A stretch of 52,940 nucleotides of DNA from Octopus bimaculoides (taxonomy: Eukaryota), in NCBI RefSeq assembly GCF_001194135.2, contig NC_068983.1, forward strand, positions 64,698,384 through 64,751,323. Direction: 5' to 3'. Position numbers and translations under genes: made by a program. The notes under the pieces are model-generated. The model saw nothing but the letters and a program-made list of their open reading frames with translations. It ran no database searches and had not been told where the DNA came from. This document shows, piece after piece, positions 39,216 to 51,372 of the stretch (the stretch's first letter is position 1; every line of letters begins with the position of its first letter).

Positions 39216-41659
39216 GTACATGTCTATCTATGAACGTATATCTATCTACCTAAGTAGCTAATTGTATATATGCATATTTATCTTTATATGTATACATGTA
39301 TATGCATATTTATATATGTATGCATGTATATATGTATGTATGTATGTATTTATGTATATATGTATGTATATGCATATTTATATAAACATATACAGACCGA
39401 GATTGAGAGAGAAAAATAAATCCTGATATATTCATGCACAAATGTAAATATACGTATACATACATATGTATATACTAATATATGTGTTTGTGTATATGCA
39501 TAAATAGAGATGTAAATATCGTATTCATATATGTGTATGTATACAAATGAATGTGCGCATTGTGTGCGTTTGTGTGTGTGTGTGTATGTATACAAACTCA
39601 TACAAAAAGTTTGGGGAGAAATAGAACAGACGAAAAACGACAACCAAAATAAAACGGGGTCGCAAAATATCGTTATACCGCCTGTAACATTCAATTACGA
39701 GAAATCTCTCATATCAGTCCATTTCTATTGGAAGCAAAATATAACTGGCATGTTAGCAAATGAAATACTGCTTGTAATTTTAAACAAAATGCATTCTCTC
39801 ATTCCTGATTAATATCTAGAAAAGAATTGTAGTATTTTGTAGGAATCTGTAATTTGAATCAATACGAAAATTATTGAACATCGGGTAAGATATCGAAACA
39901 GCAAAGCTAATTGAAATAGATTTCATGTATATCGAAGAAAAACGCACAAATATATTATTTTTGCGATCCGGAGAATAGTGTATAACCAGATCTTGTTCTT
40001 ACCTAAAAATGCGAAAGCATCTTCAAAATAGAAAGAAATTTCTAAGCAAATTTTCTGAAGGTAGATTCTTTATACAGCATGTGTTCTAAGAATGGACTTA
40101 ATAATACCTAGAAAGTTTTCAAAATCGGGACAGTATTTGAAATTCGTATACGAAAAGTCTCATTGGCTTAATTTGAAACCACAAAATAATTCTCTTTAGA
40201 AATTTTATATATCGTAGACTTAAAATCCGAAGTTTAAGTCCATGAATATCTCAATGCGAGAAAAGATATCAATCGAAAGCAAATGAAGGTTATTTCTGGA
40301 GAATTTAAGAAAGAATTCCAAAAATATGGTAATGTCGAATGGATACTATTACTTAAACGTATAATAATGTTTATTTGAAACTTATCTGCATTTGAAAAAA
40401 ATTGTACTATGCCTACAAATGTGTAGTAAACAAGCTGTTATACGTATTCACAATCATTTACCTGGCACTTTCATTACATCAAATAAAATTGTTTAGGAAT
40501 AAGAAACGTTTTTCACGTTACCGAATAAAAGTCTGAGCATATAGATCAAAGATATTATATACTCAAATAATTCCAAATATAAAGTAAGGCTTCAATTTGT
40601 TTACTTAAAATGCCTGCCTACTGATCATTAAAATGATAATCTATCTATTTAGCATTAATACATCATTTATTGCCAAAGGATTATACTCGTAGGTCATGAA
40701 AAAACAAAAACCCATTGATATATTCTGAGTGTATCCTTGTCCTAGCTTATGATTGAAGGGACTTATCCATTAAACTATACCCAACATTTCACAAAAGTAT
40801 ATCTGATAACATTGACACATACATTTTGAATGAATGAGGAGAGATAGTAAATTATAAAATACTTTCAAACATAAGCCCTCTCAATCAGGCCTGACCCTAT
40901 CAAAGCAGCGACAATAGTAACAAGAAAATATGCTAGAGTATTATAGTGTAAAACATGGCGCCGCGCATGGTCTATTGTATCATCCCTAAGCATATATTTA
41001 TAATAAATACGATGCAACTGATATAATCTTTATAGTTGCTAAATTATTTCATAATTCTTTTCACAAATAAGATTACGCAATTTTTTTCTTGATGTCTCAT
41101 ATATATATATATAACACAATATGGTAAAAATTCGATATTAATTAATATCAATTTAATACCAGGAAACTAGCACATTAAAAGAATCAGAAGGTTCATGAAA
41201 AAAATATTTTTTGAGATCCTAACAAGATTATAGTACTTGTGTATATGAGATTGACCAGTGACCGGTCTGTCAATATGCTAGAAGAAGCTCACTTAAAAAA
41301 TTCTCAATGATTTTGAAACTATAGTCTGCAGATAATCGAGGTATGTATATATATATGTATATATATATATATATGCGAGTAAAAATAAATANNNNNNNNN
41401 NNNNNNNNNNNNNNNNNNNNNNNNNNNNNNNNNNNNNNNNNNNNNNNNNNNNNNNNNNNNNNNNNNNNNNNNNNNNNNNNNNNNNNNNNNNAAAACGCTC
41501 CCTTCCACACATACAACACATATACCAATGTAATCGCATCTGAGCGTGCATGGGCGAGTGAAAGCATGCGTTTCCTTGTATTATTTCAAGTAATATAGAA
41601 ATATAATATTTATATTACACATATTTAACAATTAAACATAGTTAAAAGATTAAAATCCT

Positions 41660-41905
41660 ATAGGCCAACACAAATAATACGAAATATTACGAAAATACAA
41701 TCTCTTACTAAATCATGAACAACGCATTGAAACTATATTTTCAAGCCGCAAAAACATTTAACAATCAGTTTTCCAGTATTTTCGATTATCCATTTCTGTA
41801 TTTAATCCAAGATATTTAATTCAACATCGCATACAATATATTACAAAATTAGCGTCTATAAAAAGAATACTCAATGAGCAGGGGAATTCTCAGATCCGAT
41901 TTCGA
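41660..41905 (+). repeat. Diverged direct repeat, copy 1
   Basis: AAATCATGAACAACGCATTG at 41710 and 43372, with continuing similarity (ACAATCAG, TTATCCATTT, TTACAAAAT, GGAATTCT.AGAT). Confidence 0.75.
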
Positions 41906-42156
41906 TTACACAAGAAAATTTCGCTTATAGGAATAGCACACTATCGAATAGCAGTAAAATTTTATAAACATATATTGATGTATATACATCAAAGTATAAT
42001 GAATTGAAGTATTTATGTGTTAAAATATGTTATGCGAAAATACAGTTAATATGGGAATTGAACAACATGCGACTTCATTTCTACAGGTGTAATTTTAAAC
42101 TACAACTTTTGATCTATATTCGCATGTATGTATGTATATGTATGTTTGTATTTATG

Positions 42157-42190
<34 letters not shown>

Positions 42191-42192
<2 letters not shown>

Positions 42193-43030
42193 GAGTGTTT
42201 AAAAAATTTGATATCGTTTGAGATGTAAATATCACAGAAACTACATAGTCAAAGTAAATGAAATTAAACAGTTTAATATTAGATTTATTCCTCCACGTTT
42301 GAATTCCATGAACGATTTCACAAAGACGGGCAATGAAGATGGTTCTTGGAGATGGCGCAGAACACATTCACTTTTGGTGAGCCCGTCTCATGCTCAATTG
42401 TGGCATGGGGGTTTTCTTCGCCCCAAATGCGAACATTTTGCTTATTGACCTTGCCACCCGTACGAAATCTCGCCTTATCACTGAAAATAAAATGTTACTT
42501 GCATTCAGCTTCAAGTTTCTCTTGCATATTAGCACATAATTGTTTACGCTTTCGCTTGCCATCTGCCGTTATAGCCGAACGAGCTGCAGTTTGTAGGGTT
42601 TCTTTAGCAAGCGTTTCCTGAGGACGCACCAGACTGTCGTTGGAGGAATCTTGTCTTCCAGACTTGTTATTCTTATGGACATCTGGCGGTTTCACAACAG
42701 TTTTGGAGAATCCACTCGACCGTCTCGTCCCAGGTTAGTGGTCGTCGAAATCATTTTTCCCTGCACAGACAGCCTTCCTCTTTCAAATTTTTGTGCCTCT
42801 GCATTGCCGTTGGTGACTTTTTAGAGAACTCTTTCACAAATGCACGCTGCATAGTCTTGTTCGACTGTATTTAAGCATACTCCAACGCACAAAACACCTT
42901 TTCTCTTCCAGTGAATGCCATTTCTATACCTGAAAATATAAACACATCAAACATGCTGTTAAAATTTGAAGCCATTTGAACAAGAACTGGCAAGTTATTA
43001 GAGTGCAAAATGATATCAAACTTTTTGTAA
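42191..43030 (-). mobile_element. Degenerate, internally deleted Tc1/mariner-superfamily transposon (probably DD37D/rosa-like)
   Basis: ATG at 42921 (minus): MAFTGREKVFCALEYA...FVKEFSKKSPTA; AITADGKRKRKQLCANMQEKL; FIFSDKARF..GKVNKQNVRIWGEENPHATIEHETGSPKVNVFCAISK. TIR-like AAAAA(T/G)TTGATATC(G/A)TTT at both ends; right end runs into a gap. Subfamily is inference. Confidence 0.85.
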
Positions 43031-43329
43031 NNNNNNNNNNNNNNNNNNNNNNNNNNNNNNNNNNNNNNNNNNNNNNNNNNNNNNNNNNNNNNNNNNNNNN
43101 NNNNNNNNNNNNNNNNNNNNNNNNNNNNNNNNNNNNNNNNNNNNNNNNNNNNNNNNNNNNNNNNNNNNNNNNNNNNNNNNNNNNNNNNNNNNNNNNNNNN
43201 NNNNNNNNNNNNNNNNNNNNNNNNNNNNNNNNNNNNNNNNNNNNNNNNNNNNNNNNNNNNNNNNNNNNNNNNNNNNNNNNNNNNNNNNNNNNNNNNNNNN
43301 NNNNNNNNNNNNNNNTATATATATATGGC

Positions 43330-43545
43330 GTTCCAACAGAGCCATTATTTACTTGAACTCAATCACTTATCAAATCATGAACAACGCATTGCAACAGTAT
43401 TCTCTAACCATGTAAACATTACACAATCAGTATTCCAATATTTTATATTATCCATTTAAACCCCGATAGCTAATTCAATATTGCTTATAATATGTTACAA
43501 AATAATCAGGAATGCACAATAAGCAGAGGAATTCTGAGATACGAA
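43330..43545 (+). repeat. Diverged direct repeat, copy 2
   Basis: See 41660-41905. Confidence 0.75.
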
Positions 43546-43940
43546 TTACAGTAGATGCTTTTTAGATCAGCACAATCTGGCCTTAACAATATTGACATGA
43601 TTATATCTGAAAATATCAGCTATTTTCGAGTGGGTCTCGTTTTCCCAATCCTGAGCACTTGAAAGTAAGTATGGGAAAAGCATTCTGCCCTGAGAAGTAA
43701 CCTTGAAATCAGTCTTCACAAAACCAGTATTCTTCTTCGCTAGGTGAAGCCTACTGAGATGATTAGCAGTACTACGGTTAGTGTCTTAATGTTTTACGTA
43801 TCTGATCTTTGCATCTATACTATAATGAAGACATCTACTTATTAATTAGGTATGTAACAATTACAGTACTAAACGAAAGGAAATATTAAAGGGTTGACCG
43901 CCTGGAAATATTTTTATCAATTCATGTTCTTAGAAATGTG

Positions 43941-43985
43941 TTTCTTTATTGCCCACAGGGAGCCAACATAGAGATGACAGAACAG
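43941..43985 (-). mobile_element. Short SINE 3'-end fragment
   Basis: TTTATTGCCCACAGGGAGCCAACATAGAG resembles the end of a common octopus SINE (from recall only). Confidence 0.35.
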
Positions 43986-44129
43986 CCTGATTGGGGTCAG
44001 ACACACAAATGATAATAAAACTTTATAAGCGTTTACAGTAATATCGGATGAAGGACAGTCGGATGAAATACACTACAAAAAGCAAAACAGCATATGCACA
44101 TTGAGATAGAAAAACAGGTTACGTTCCGA

Positions 44130-44660
44130 CCCCACGAGCCCTGTTCTGCCACCGGTAACTTTTTTGTTCAGCCTAGTGGCACGTTCACGAGGAGTCTTTC
44201 ACACCCAGCATTCTCGCTACACGCATCCATTAGTCTTTAAACATCCTCTCTCCAGGCGTCTTCTCTCCACCTCACTTTTCTTTTCAAGTGAAAAGTGAAG
44301 AATCTCACCAACCCGAGATCAAAGATGAAGATGCTTGTCGCCAGCGGATCCGATTGTATGAGCATTTTAATCGTCTGTCCCGTCCAGTTTTTTTGTTCCA
44401 CCACATCCGCTGATAACAGCGTTATTTCATCTTCCAGGTTTAATACAACCGCTGCTACCAGCCATTCTGAATTCGCCTCCGGCTGGACGTTTGCAATGTT
44501 TTCTCTCGAGGTTCTCCTCCACATATATATGGGAAGGAGCACCACCACCTGTGTTCGTAATGGCTCCACTGAGTACTTTTTCGCCTTCTCGGCCGGTTCC
44601 ATTCGAACCTCTATTGTTACGTAGCTTTTTCCACGCGTTACATACTTTACTTCCTGCCAT
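44130..44660 (-). mobile_element. L1/Tx1-clade LINE 3' fragment
   Basis: Minus-strand LVRFFTFHLKRKVR and WMRVARML resemble Tx1-type ORF2 C-termini; GC-richer island with frameshifts. Confidence 0.6.
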
Positions 44661-44910
44661 ATCGGCTTTAAGCTTTTTTCTATTTCTTTTTCATTGACAT
44701 AATCAATTTCTTTTTTTCCAAGTTGTATGTTTTAAACATTATTTTTCTTTCCAGAACGTCTGTTTGGATAGTTTGAGGAGGGGGTCACTTTCACTTCAGT
44801 CCCCTCCTTTGTTAATATCTCTCTGTATCCTTTTAAATTTTCAATGATTAACTTTCGGGATTTACATTATTTACAATTTCCGAATATTTGTCCTCATCTT
44901 GTTTGTTGTT

Positions 44911-44956
44911 AACACAACGTTTCGACTGATATACCTTCCGGCTGTCATCAGGTGTC
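44911..44956 (-). ncRNA. Hammerhead-like motif, copy 2 (stem II degenerate)
   Basis: GACAC-CTGATGA-CAGCCGGAAGGTATATCAGTC-GAAAC-GTT-GTGTT. Stem I intact, stem II mismatched. Confidence 0.45.
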
Positions 44957-45003
44957 TTGGGGAAATTTCGAATCTGGGTTATCTTTCCAAAAGTATTTTT
45001 CGA

Positions 45004-45040
<37 letters not shown>

Positions 45041-45130
45041 CTTCTTCTTCTTCTTCTTCTTCTTCTTCTTCTTCTTCTTCTTCTTCTTCTTCTTCTTCTT
45101 CTTCTTCTTCTTCTTCTTCTTCTTCTTCTA

Positions 45131-45185
<55 letters not shown>
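45004..45185. repeat. Compound (GTT)n(CTT)n(ATT)n microsatellite inside SINE copy 2
   Basis: Direct inspection. Confidence 0.95.
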
Positions 45186-45195
45186 NNNNNNNNNN

Positions 45196-45328
45196 CTCTG
45201 TGCGCCTTGGGTATGTGCTGTGGTTTGCTGTGGTGCTCTTATGTTTACTGTATTGAAAGTGTTTTGCGTAGGATGTGTGCAGTACCCAGTAGTGCAATTT
45301 TCTGTATGTTATATATATTTGTAAGTCC
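45196..45328 (-). mobile_element. 3' terminal fragment of a Dong/R4-like LINE nested in the SINE (AAT)n tract
   Basis: Minus strand GLTNIYNIQKIALLGTAHILRKTLSIQ* (stop at 45247-45245) plus a short 3' UTR. Homologous to the C-terminus at 11707 (IQNIVLTNTTHVLRKAL). (AAT)n on both sides. Confidence 0.85.
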
Positions 45329-45394
45329 TTATTATTATTATTGTTATTATTATTATTATTATTATTCAGATCTCTGCCTGGAATCGAACTCGGA

Positions 45395-46269
45395 ATCAAT
45401 AAGTATCCGCAAAATTGCCATAGTAATGAATCAGAAGCACGAAGCGTGAAGCCGCTTGACGACCGATGACATTCAACTCTGCTGTACATGCACAGTAAGT
45501 TTTAACGTTCTAGCTCACTTCCGCTGTTTACAGCAGTGCTTGGAAGGAAGGTAGCGTGTAATCGTTGCATTGAACATGACGGTATGATTTCTTTGCAACA
45601 CTGCTCAGACGCCTACGTAAAGATTCAGAAATTGTGTCGGAAGGAGTATATGAGCCGTACACAAGTGTACGAGTGGTCCAAACGTTTCCAAGGTGGCCGA
45701 AAAATGTCGATATTGACGAACATTCTGGGTGACAACATCCAGCAGAACTGAAAAAATCATTGCAGATGTGCGTAAGGTTGTGAGTGGAAATCATGAATCG
45801 CCATCCATGAGTTATCAGAGGATGTACAGATAAGTTACGTTTCAGTTCAGTACAGTATCAATGTAGATTTGGGTATGAGACGCGTGTGTGCCAGGTTTGT
45901 GCCAAAACTGGTTTCAGTCGATCAAAAAGACATTCGGTTTTCAGTTGCACAAGATCTCATAGAACGTGTCGAGAACGATGACAACGTTTTGAACACTTTG
46001 CATAGGCCTCTGAGCAGGTTCGCTAAGCGTTTGGCAAAATGTTATGTAGATTCTCTGCTCAACAGTCTCTGTCATGGTCAAAGCGACGATCACACGCTAC
46101 ACACTTTCCTTCCAAGCAATGCCGTAACCAGCGTAAGTGAGCTAGAACGTTAAAACTTAGTGCGCATGCATAGTAAATTTCAAAGTCAATCTGTGCCAAG
46201 CAACTTCACTTAGCTTTAGCTGCGTTACTATAGCTAGAGTCCGGATACATATTGATCATACCACTTATA
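45395..46269 (+). mobile_element. Mariner derivative with a truncated transposase and long inverted ends (two left ends)
   Basis: Fragments MSRTQVYEWSKRFQGGRK and DLGMRRVCARFVPKLVSVDQK (HTH and WVPxL-like linker). 45987-46269 is the reverse complement of the 5' end, including the ATG (46075-46073, MTETVEQRIYITFCQ). Ends in TA at 46268-46269. Confidence 0.9.
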
Positions 46270-47753
46270 CATAAGTCACAAAACTTGTGAGATGATATCT
46301 GGACATAAAAGACATATGCTAGTTCACAAAAAACATGCCTTCAGAATCAAATTCCAATGAGCAAAGATGTAGAAGAAACTTGAGTAATAGGCGATGTGTG
46401 GTAAGTAGCTTGTTTACTAAAAGATTCCACCTTCCTGTTTTGTTANNNNNNNNNNGGTAAGTAGCTTGTTTACTAAAAGATTCCACCTTCCGGTTTTGTT
46501 ATGTGTGTGTGTGTGTGTGTGTGTAAAACTTTAAAATATCACTGGATTCAAAATGAATTCTAACCATTCATGGATGGCTTTTTGCAATAATTTCTACATC
46601 AGTACTATGTTTGGATTATTCGTGGAATTTTTGCAACAATATTCAAAGTATTCTCATATTTCCATAACCAGAAATTAGTTGTAGCTTCAAGGTTGCTTAA
46701 CTCTAGTAGCACAGATTTCTAACAGACGTCATGCCAATATTACTATCCAGTTTTCCTATCTTTTATGGCAAGCATCTTCATTAGATATCGTTTCTTTTAA
46801 ACAGTGGTGTGTTTTCAGTGAGAATTAGCAGCTGTCTCTAGCAGCACGGACTGGATTCACCAAAATACACTGCAAAGGATCCATGTATGAAATGTCTTCA
46901 CAGACGTACATTGACATACTATGTACATCATTGATGGTCTAAGCTAATTATGCAATCGAAGAATAGATTTGAAAATTACAATATTTTACTAGTGTAAAAA
47001 TTGTATTTTCTGTTTGGAAGAAACATAACAGCTCTTTTTCTAATGAAACAAGGTATTAATTTCAATATAATATGAGGAAATTGTGATATTACATTATAAC
47101 CTTGGGACATCTCTCTATTATTACAATGAAAAGAAAACGCAGTTAAAGGAAAACAATAATATAAAATACAGAAATAACTGAGCCGGTGTGTTATTGTTTT
47201 CCCATACAGTATCGTTGATGTTGATAACAAAGGATAATGTGATTTGAAAACAATTTTCGACTCTCTTTCATATCACCTTGTGATGATATGATATTGTAAC
47301 ATTTTTAAAAATGCGTGCTCACCCACCCGCACGCACTTACACATTCAAACATGAGTATGTCAAACCATGTATGTATATATATATATATATNNNNNNNNNN
47401 NNNNNNNNNNNNNNNNNNNNNNNNNNNNNNNNNNNNNNNNNNNNNNNNNNNNNNNNNNNNNNNNNNNNNNNNNNNNNNNNNNNNNNNNNNNNNNNNNNNN
47501 NNNNNNNNNNNNNNNNNNNNNNNNNNNNNNNNNNNNNNNNNNNNNNNNNNNNNNNNNNNNNNNNNNNNNNNNNNNNNNNNNNNNNNNNNNNNNNNNNNNN
47601 NNNNNNNNNNNNNNNNNNNNNNNNNNNNNNNNNNNNNNNNNNNNNNNNNNNNNNNNNNNNNNNNNNNNNNNNNNNNNNNNNNNNNNNNNNNNNNNNNNNN
47701 NNNNNNNNNNNNNNNNNNNNNNNNNNNNNNNNNNNNNNNNNNNNNNNNNNNNN

Positions 47754-47807
<54 letters not shown>

Positions 47808-49098
47808 ATATCGTTACACAACTCGTTGCCTTTAATATCTGAAATGAATTCTGTCGAAGCTCCAGTATGATTTTGAAATCTCTAGAGTAAGTTTACTTTC
47901 AGTTTTTGACGTTTTAATCAAAAGTAAACAATAATCTATATAAAGTAAACATCTTTCTACTTACAGTGTTGATTGCAAGCAATTGATGATGCTTTTTCAT
48001 ATATTTATCTTTTAATAGTTAATGGTAGTTATAAAAATGAATGTAGACGAATCAACATGCTTAGTCTCTCTACTCACTCAACCTGTTAGAAATGCCAGTC
48101 AAATATCCCAGAATTCACATTAAACTATTTTAGAAAACGTCTCCATTGAGTAATATTGCTCTGTTTAAACAAAATCTAAATTAATCTACGCGTTAGTCAT
48201 AACTGGAATGCAATTAATCATAGTTCTGTTACATTAAAATAAGCAATAAGAACAACAGTAACAGTAAAATGAACAAAGCCAATGGCAAGTAATGTAAAGC
48301 ACGTTTATTTGTTGATACAATAACTTTCAAAGACGTAAGCTGTCTCCTAGCGTGTAGCCAGCATTACAGTAGTTATGCGATTCTCAAAATGTGAAGCATA
48401 TGCACTTATTCTTGAGTATGTGTTTTCTAGAGAGTATAGGGTGAGAAACGATTAACACAGCATTGCAGGGCATCATACATCTTTACATTAAATACCCATT
48501 GCTACATCTGGAAGGAAGCCATATATACTTAGGTGGAGTAGGGAAGCCTATTACTAGATCTTACTTCTTCGAACTCAGTATATTTAGAATTTATGTTAAT
48601 GTACGTGTGTCTGCGTCTTTGTCACACACAGAAAAATACACATATATAAACGTATATGCATAAGGAAAATTTGATATTGACTTGTGATTAAAGTGTTGAA
48701 GAATCAGTCTTTTGAATCAATCACAATTATTCGACTTGCGCCAAACGTCTGGACACCTACAGGTAGAACAAGGACGAGATAGCTAGATATCAGTAGTAAT
48801 ATTTGGTCGTTATTTATTCATACATGAGGATCCAGCCAGAATGTGTACAGCTAGTTGCTTTCGATAGGATCATATAGAGGAGGCGTCTAATGATTCTACC
48901 CCCAGGAATCTCATAGGAATAGTATGTGAAGATGATAGATTGTTGGGTATTTACACTCTTGAAACTGCCATACTATGTTGTTTTATCATTCATAATATAT
49001 GGTTCAGATGAGAAACAAATGCAAATTTATCATAACATTTTTGTCTATTCTTCAAAACTCCTATGGACTGGTCCGTGATACGCGCGCGCGCGCACACA

Positions 49099-49129
<31 letters not shown>

Positions 49130-49490
49130 GCACGAACGCACACACACACACACACACGCGCAAGAATGTAGAATTATACGTTCTCAAAACTAGTCTACTA
49201 GAGTACTATACACAATATATCCATGGAAGAATATCATCTGTAAGGAAAATACGTCCTGATCTTGCTAGGACTTTTTCGATTACTAACTATATATTCGTTC
49301 TATATCCGTAAGTACTTAAGGGTCACGCTAAGTTTAAATAATAACAGTTTATATAACCATATAGTATTTCATAGCGATCACTGCTATCATCTCTACTTTC
49401 GCGGAGATGATAGCAGATGCTGAATTCAAGACGAACACACACTGAATTCTTCAAAGGTAATATTCACATCCAACTTAGTGTGGAGGTTTT

Positions 49491-49892
49491 CTTTTACTCT
49501 TTTACTGTTTTACTTGTTACTGCGGCCATGCTGGAGCACCGCCTCTAGTCGACCAATTCGACCCCAGGACTTATTCTTTGTAAGCCTATTACTTAATCTA
49601 TGGCTCTCTTTTGCCGAACCGCTAAGTTACGGAGACGTAAACACACCAGCATCGGTTGTCAAGCGATGTCGAGTGGACAAACACAGACACACAAACACGC
49701 ACACATCTATATATACATATACATATATACGATGGGCTTCTTTCAGTTTCCGTCTACCAAATCCACAAACAAGACTTTGGTCGACCCGAGGCTATAGTAG
49801 AAGACACTTACCCAAGATGCCACGCAGTGGGACTGAACCAGGAACCATGTGGTTGGTAGGCAAGCTACTTACCACACAACTACGTCTGCGCC
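49491..49892 (-). mobile_element. Apparently full-length tRNA-derived SINE (second family)
   Basis: Minus strand 5' GGCGCAGACGTAGTTGTGTGGTAAGTAGCTTG (A-box-like), GGTTCAGTCCC (B-box-like), internal (TA)/(GT) tract, central CGCTTGACAACCGATGCTGGTGTGTTTACGTC...GTAACTTAGCGGTTCGGCAAAAG, and a short repeated AGTAAA(A/C)G tail. Matches my recall of an abundant octopus SINE. Confidence 0.9.
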
Positions 49893-50880
49893 TGGTTGTG
49901 TAATATCACAGAATGTTACGTTATTTACCATGAGAAAAAATCTGGTAAAGACATGTGTTGCATGAAAGACTCGAAATCATATCGTTCACAGACAAAACTC
50001 GTCTGTTGAAGCTGCTGTAACTGCCAGATCACATGATTTCATCTTACTATACCGATGTCCAGCAGCACGATAACATCCGAACCTTCCGCCAATGATATAT
50101 ATAATCTCTGAGTCCATTCCGGCATTGGTGACGCAAAGAGCTAATTAATAGTGACAGAAAAAAATTTAATAAAGAAGGTAATTTGATCACCAACTTAACA
50201 AAGAAGCTATGTCAGAACACAAGATACTGTGTTAGTTGAGTGCATAAAAGCATGCGAAATTACAAGTCCTTAGGGGAGATTTCGCAAGAAAAATGACGCA
50301 GTATACTGCGTTCTGACACACATTACATGATAAACTAATGATCAAGATAAACTTTTGTAGTTAATGCCACTTCTGACGCTTTTAATTATTTTTTAATATG
50401 CCTACTAGCTGAATTCTTCGGTTTGCTTCAACAGCTACCTTAAATAAAGCTGACACGTATACACTGGCTGAAAATATACTGCAACTGAACAAAGAGGATG
50501 CAATTAAATACTACACCTTAGGACGTTAATGCAGTAATGAAACATACCGGGCTTAGAATTAACGTGAGGCCATAATGTATAATACTGTAATAAACAAGTT
50601 TCTAGGATCTATAATTCTCCTTAAATTCTTATAATGTCTTGAACTTATTCTTGATAACTTAGGATTCACGTATGGAGAAAATACCGGGTAATTGTAAAAC
50701 ACCTACACGGATTCACAATTTGTATTCTTTTACGCTACGTGCGCGCGCGCACACACGCGCACACAACACTTACACATACACACATACACACACACATACA
50801 CACACATATATAAATATATGCGTATGTATACATAAAATCTCTGAGCGAGATATAAACAGTGGCAGTACAGAATCGTAACT

Positions 50881-51372
50881 TATAATTGCAATCTAAGTGT
50901 GGTGTGCTATAAAGGACAGTGCTACTGACGCGTGTTGCTCCAGGAAGACACCTCTTCAAGCTGGCTAATGACATGCATTCCGTGTCCGATTAGTATTTGC
51001 GAAGGGACGTTATCCCTTCCATCTCTAGCCTTACGTGATACAGACGGACTCAAGTTTCTGGGTGGTTACCCGTCCTCAGCGTGTGTTAATCAGCAACAGT
51101 CTGTCGCTTGAAAAAGCATATAGTATTTTGCGAGTGGAATGAGATTTGATCAGTAGCTTGTGATTAATACACGCCGAGGACGGATAAGCACTCAGCAACT
51201 CGAGTCCGTGTGTATCACGTAAGGTTACAGATGAAAGCGATGACCTCATCTCGCAAATGCTAAACGGACACAGAATGTGTACTGTTACCCAGCTGGAGGA
51301 GATGTCTTCTCGAGGCTATACACGTCAGTAGCACTGTCCTGTATAGGACGCCACACTTGGTTGGCAGTTATA
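50881..51372. repeat. Fold-back / MITE-like element with arms of about 212 bp
   Basis: 50881-51092 versus 51161-51372: shared AAGTGTGG, GGACAGTGCTACTGACG, CCTTACGTGATACA, ACGGACTC, CCGTCCTC, TTAATCA. TA-rich termini. Confidence 0.9.

Larger units (their letters stand above)
44830..45397 (-). mobile_element. tRNA-derived SINE with Penelope-like tail, copy 2 (interrupted)
   Basis: Reverse complement of copy 1: GATTCCGAGTTCGATTCCAGGCAG...(AAT)n...CATCGAAAAATAC...CCCAAGACACCTGATGA...GAAACGTTGTGTTAACAACAAACAAGATGAGG. Confidence 0.85.

Noticed and set aside
40951-40966. AAACATGGCGCC YY1-like promoter motif
   Set aside because: A single short motif with no CpG island or transcript context.
43566-43664. 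99-nt segment with TTTTAG| and |GTAAGT sites; the minus strand reads AQDWENETHSKIADIFRYNHVNIVKARLC-stop
   Set aside because: The plus strand has stops in all three frames. The minus-strand acceptor is largely the complement of the plus-strand donor. No homology recognised.
46400-46501. 46-bp duplication across a 10-N gap (starts with a SINE-head fragment)
   Set aside because: Same gap-overlap signature, probably allelic contig ends (one mismatch).
49990-50140. IIYIIGGR kelch-like peptide on the minus strand
   Set aside because: The rest of the kelch repeat (Y..W spacing) is absent and the splice sites are weak.
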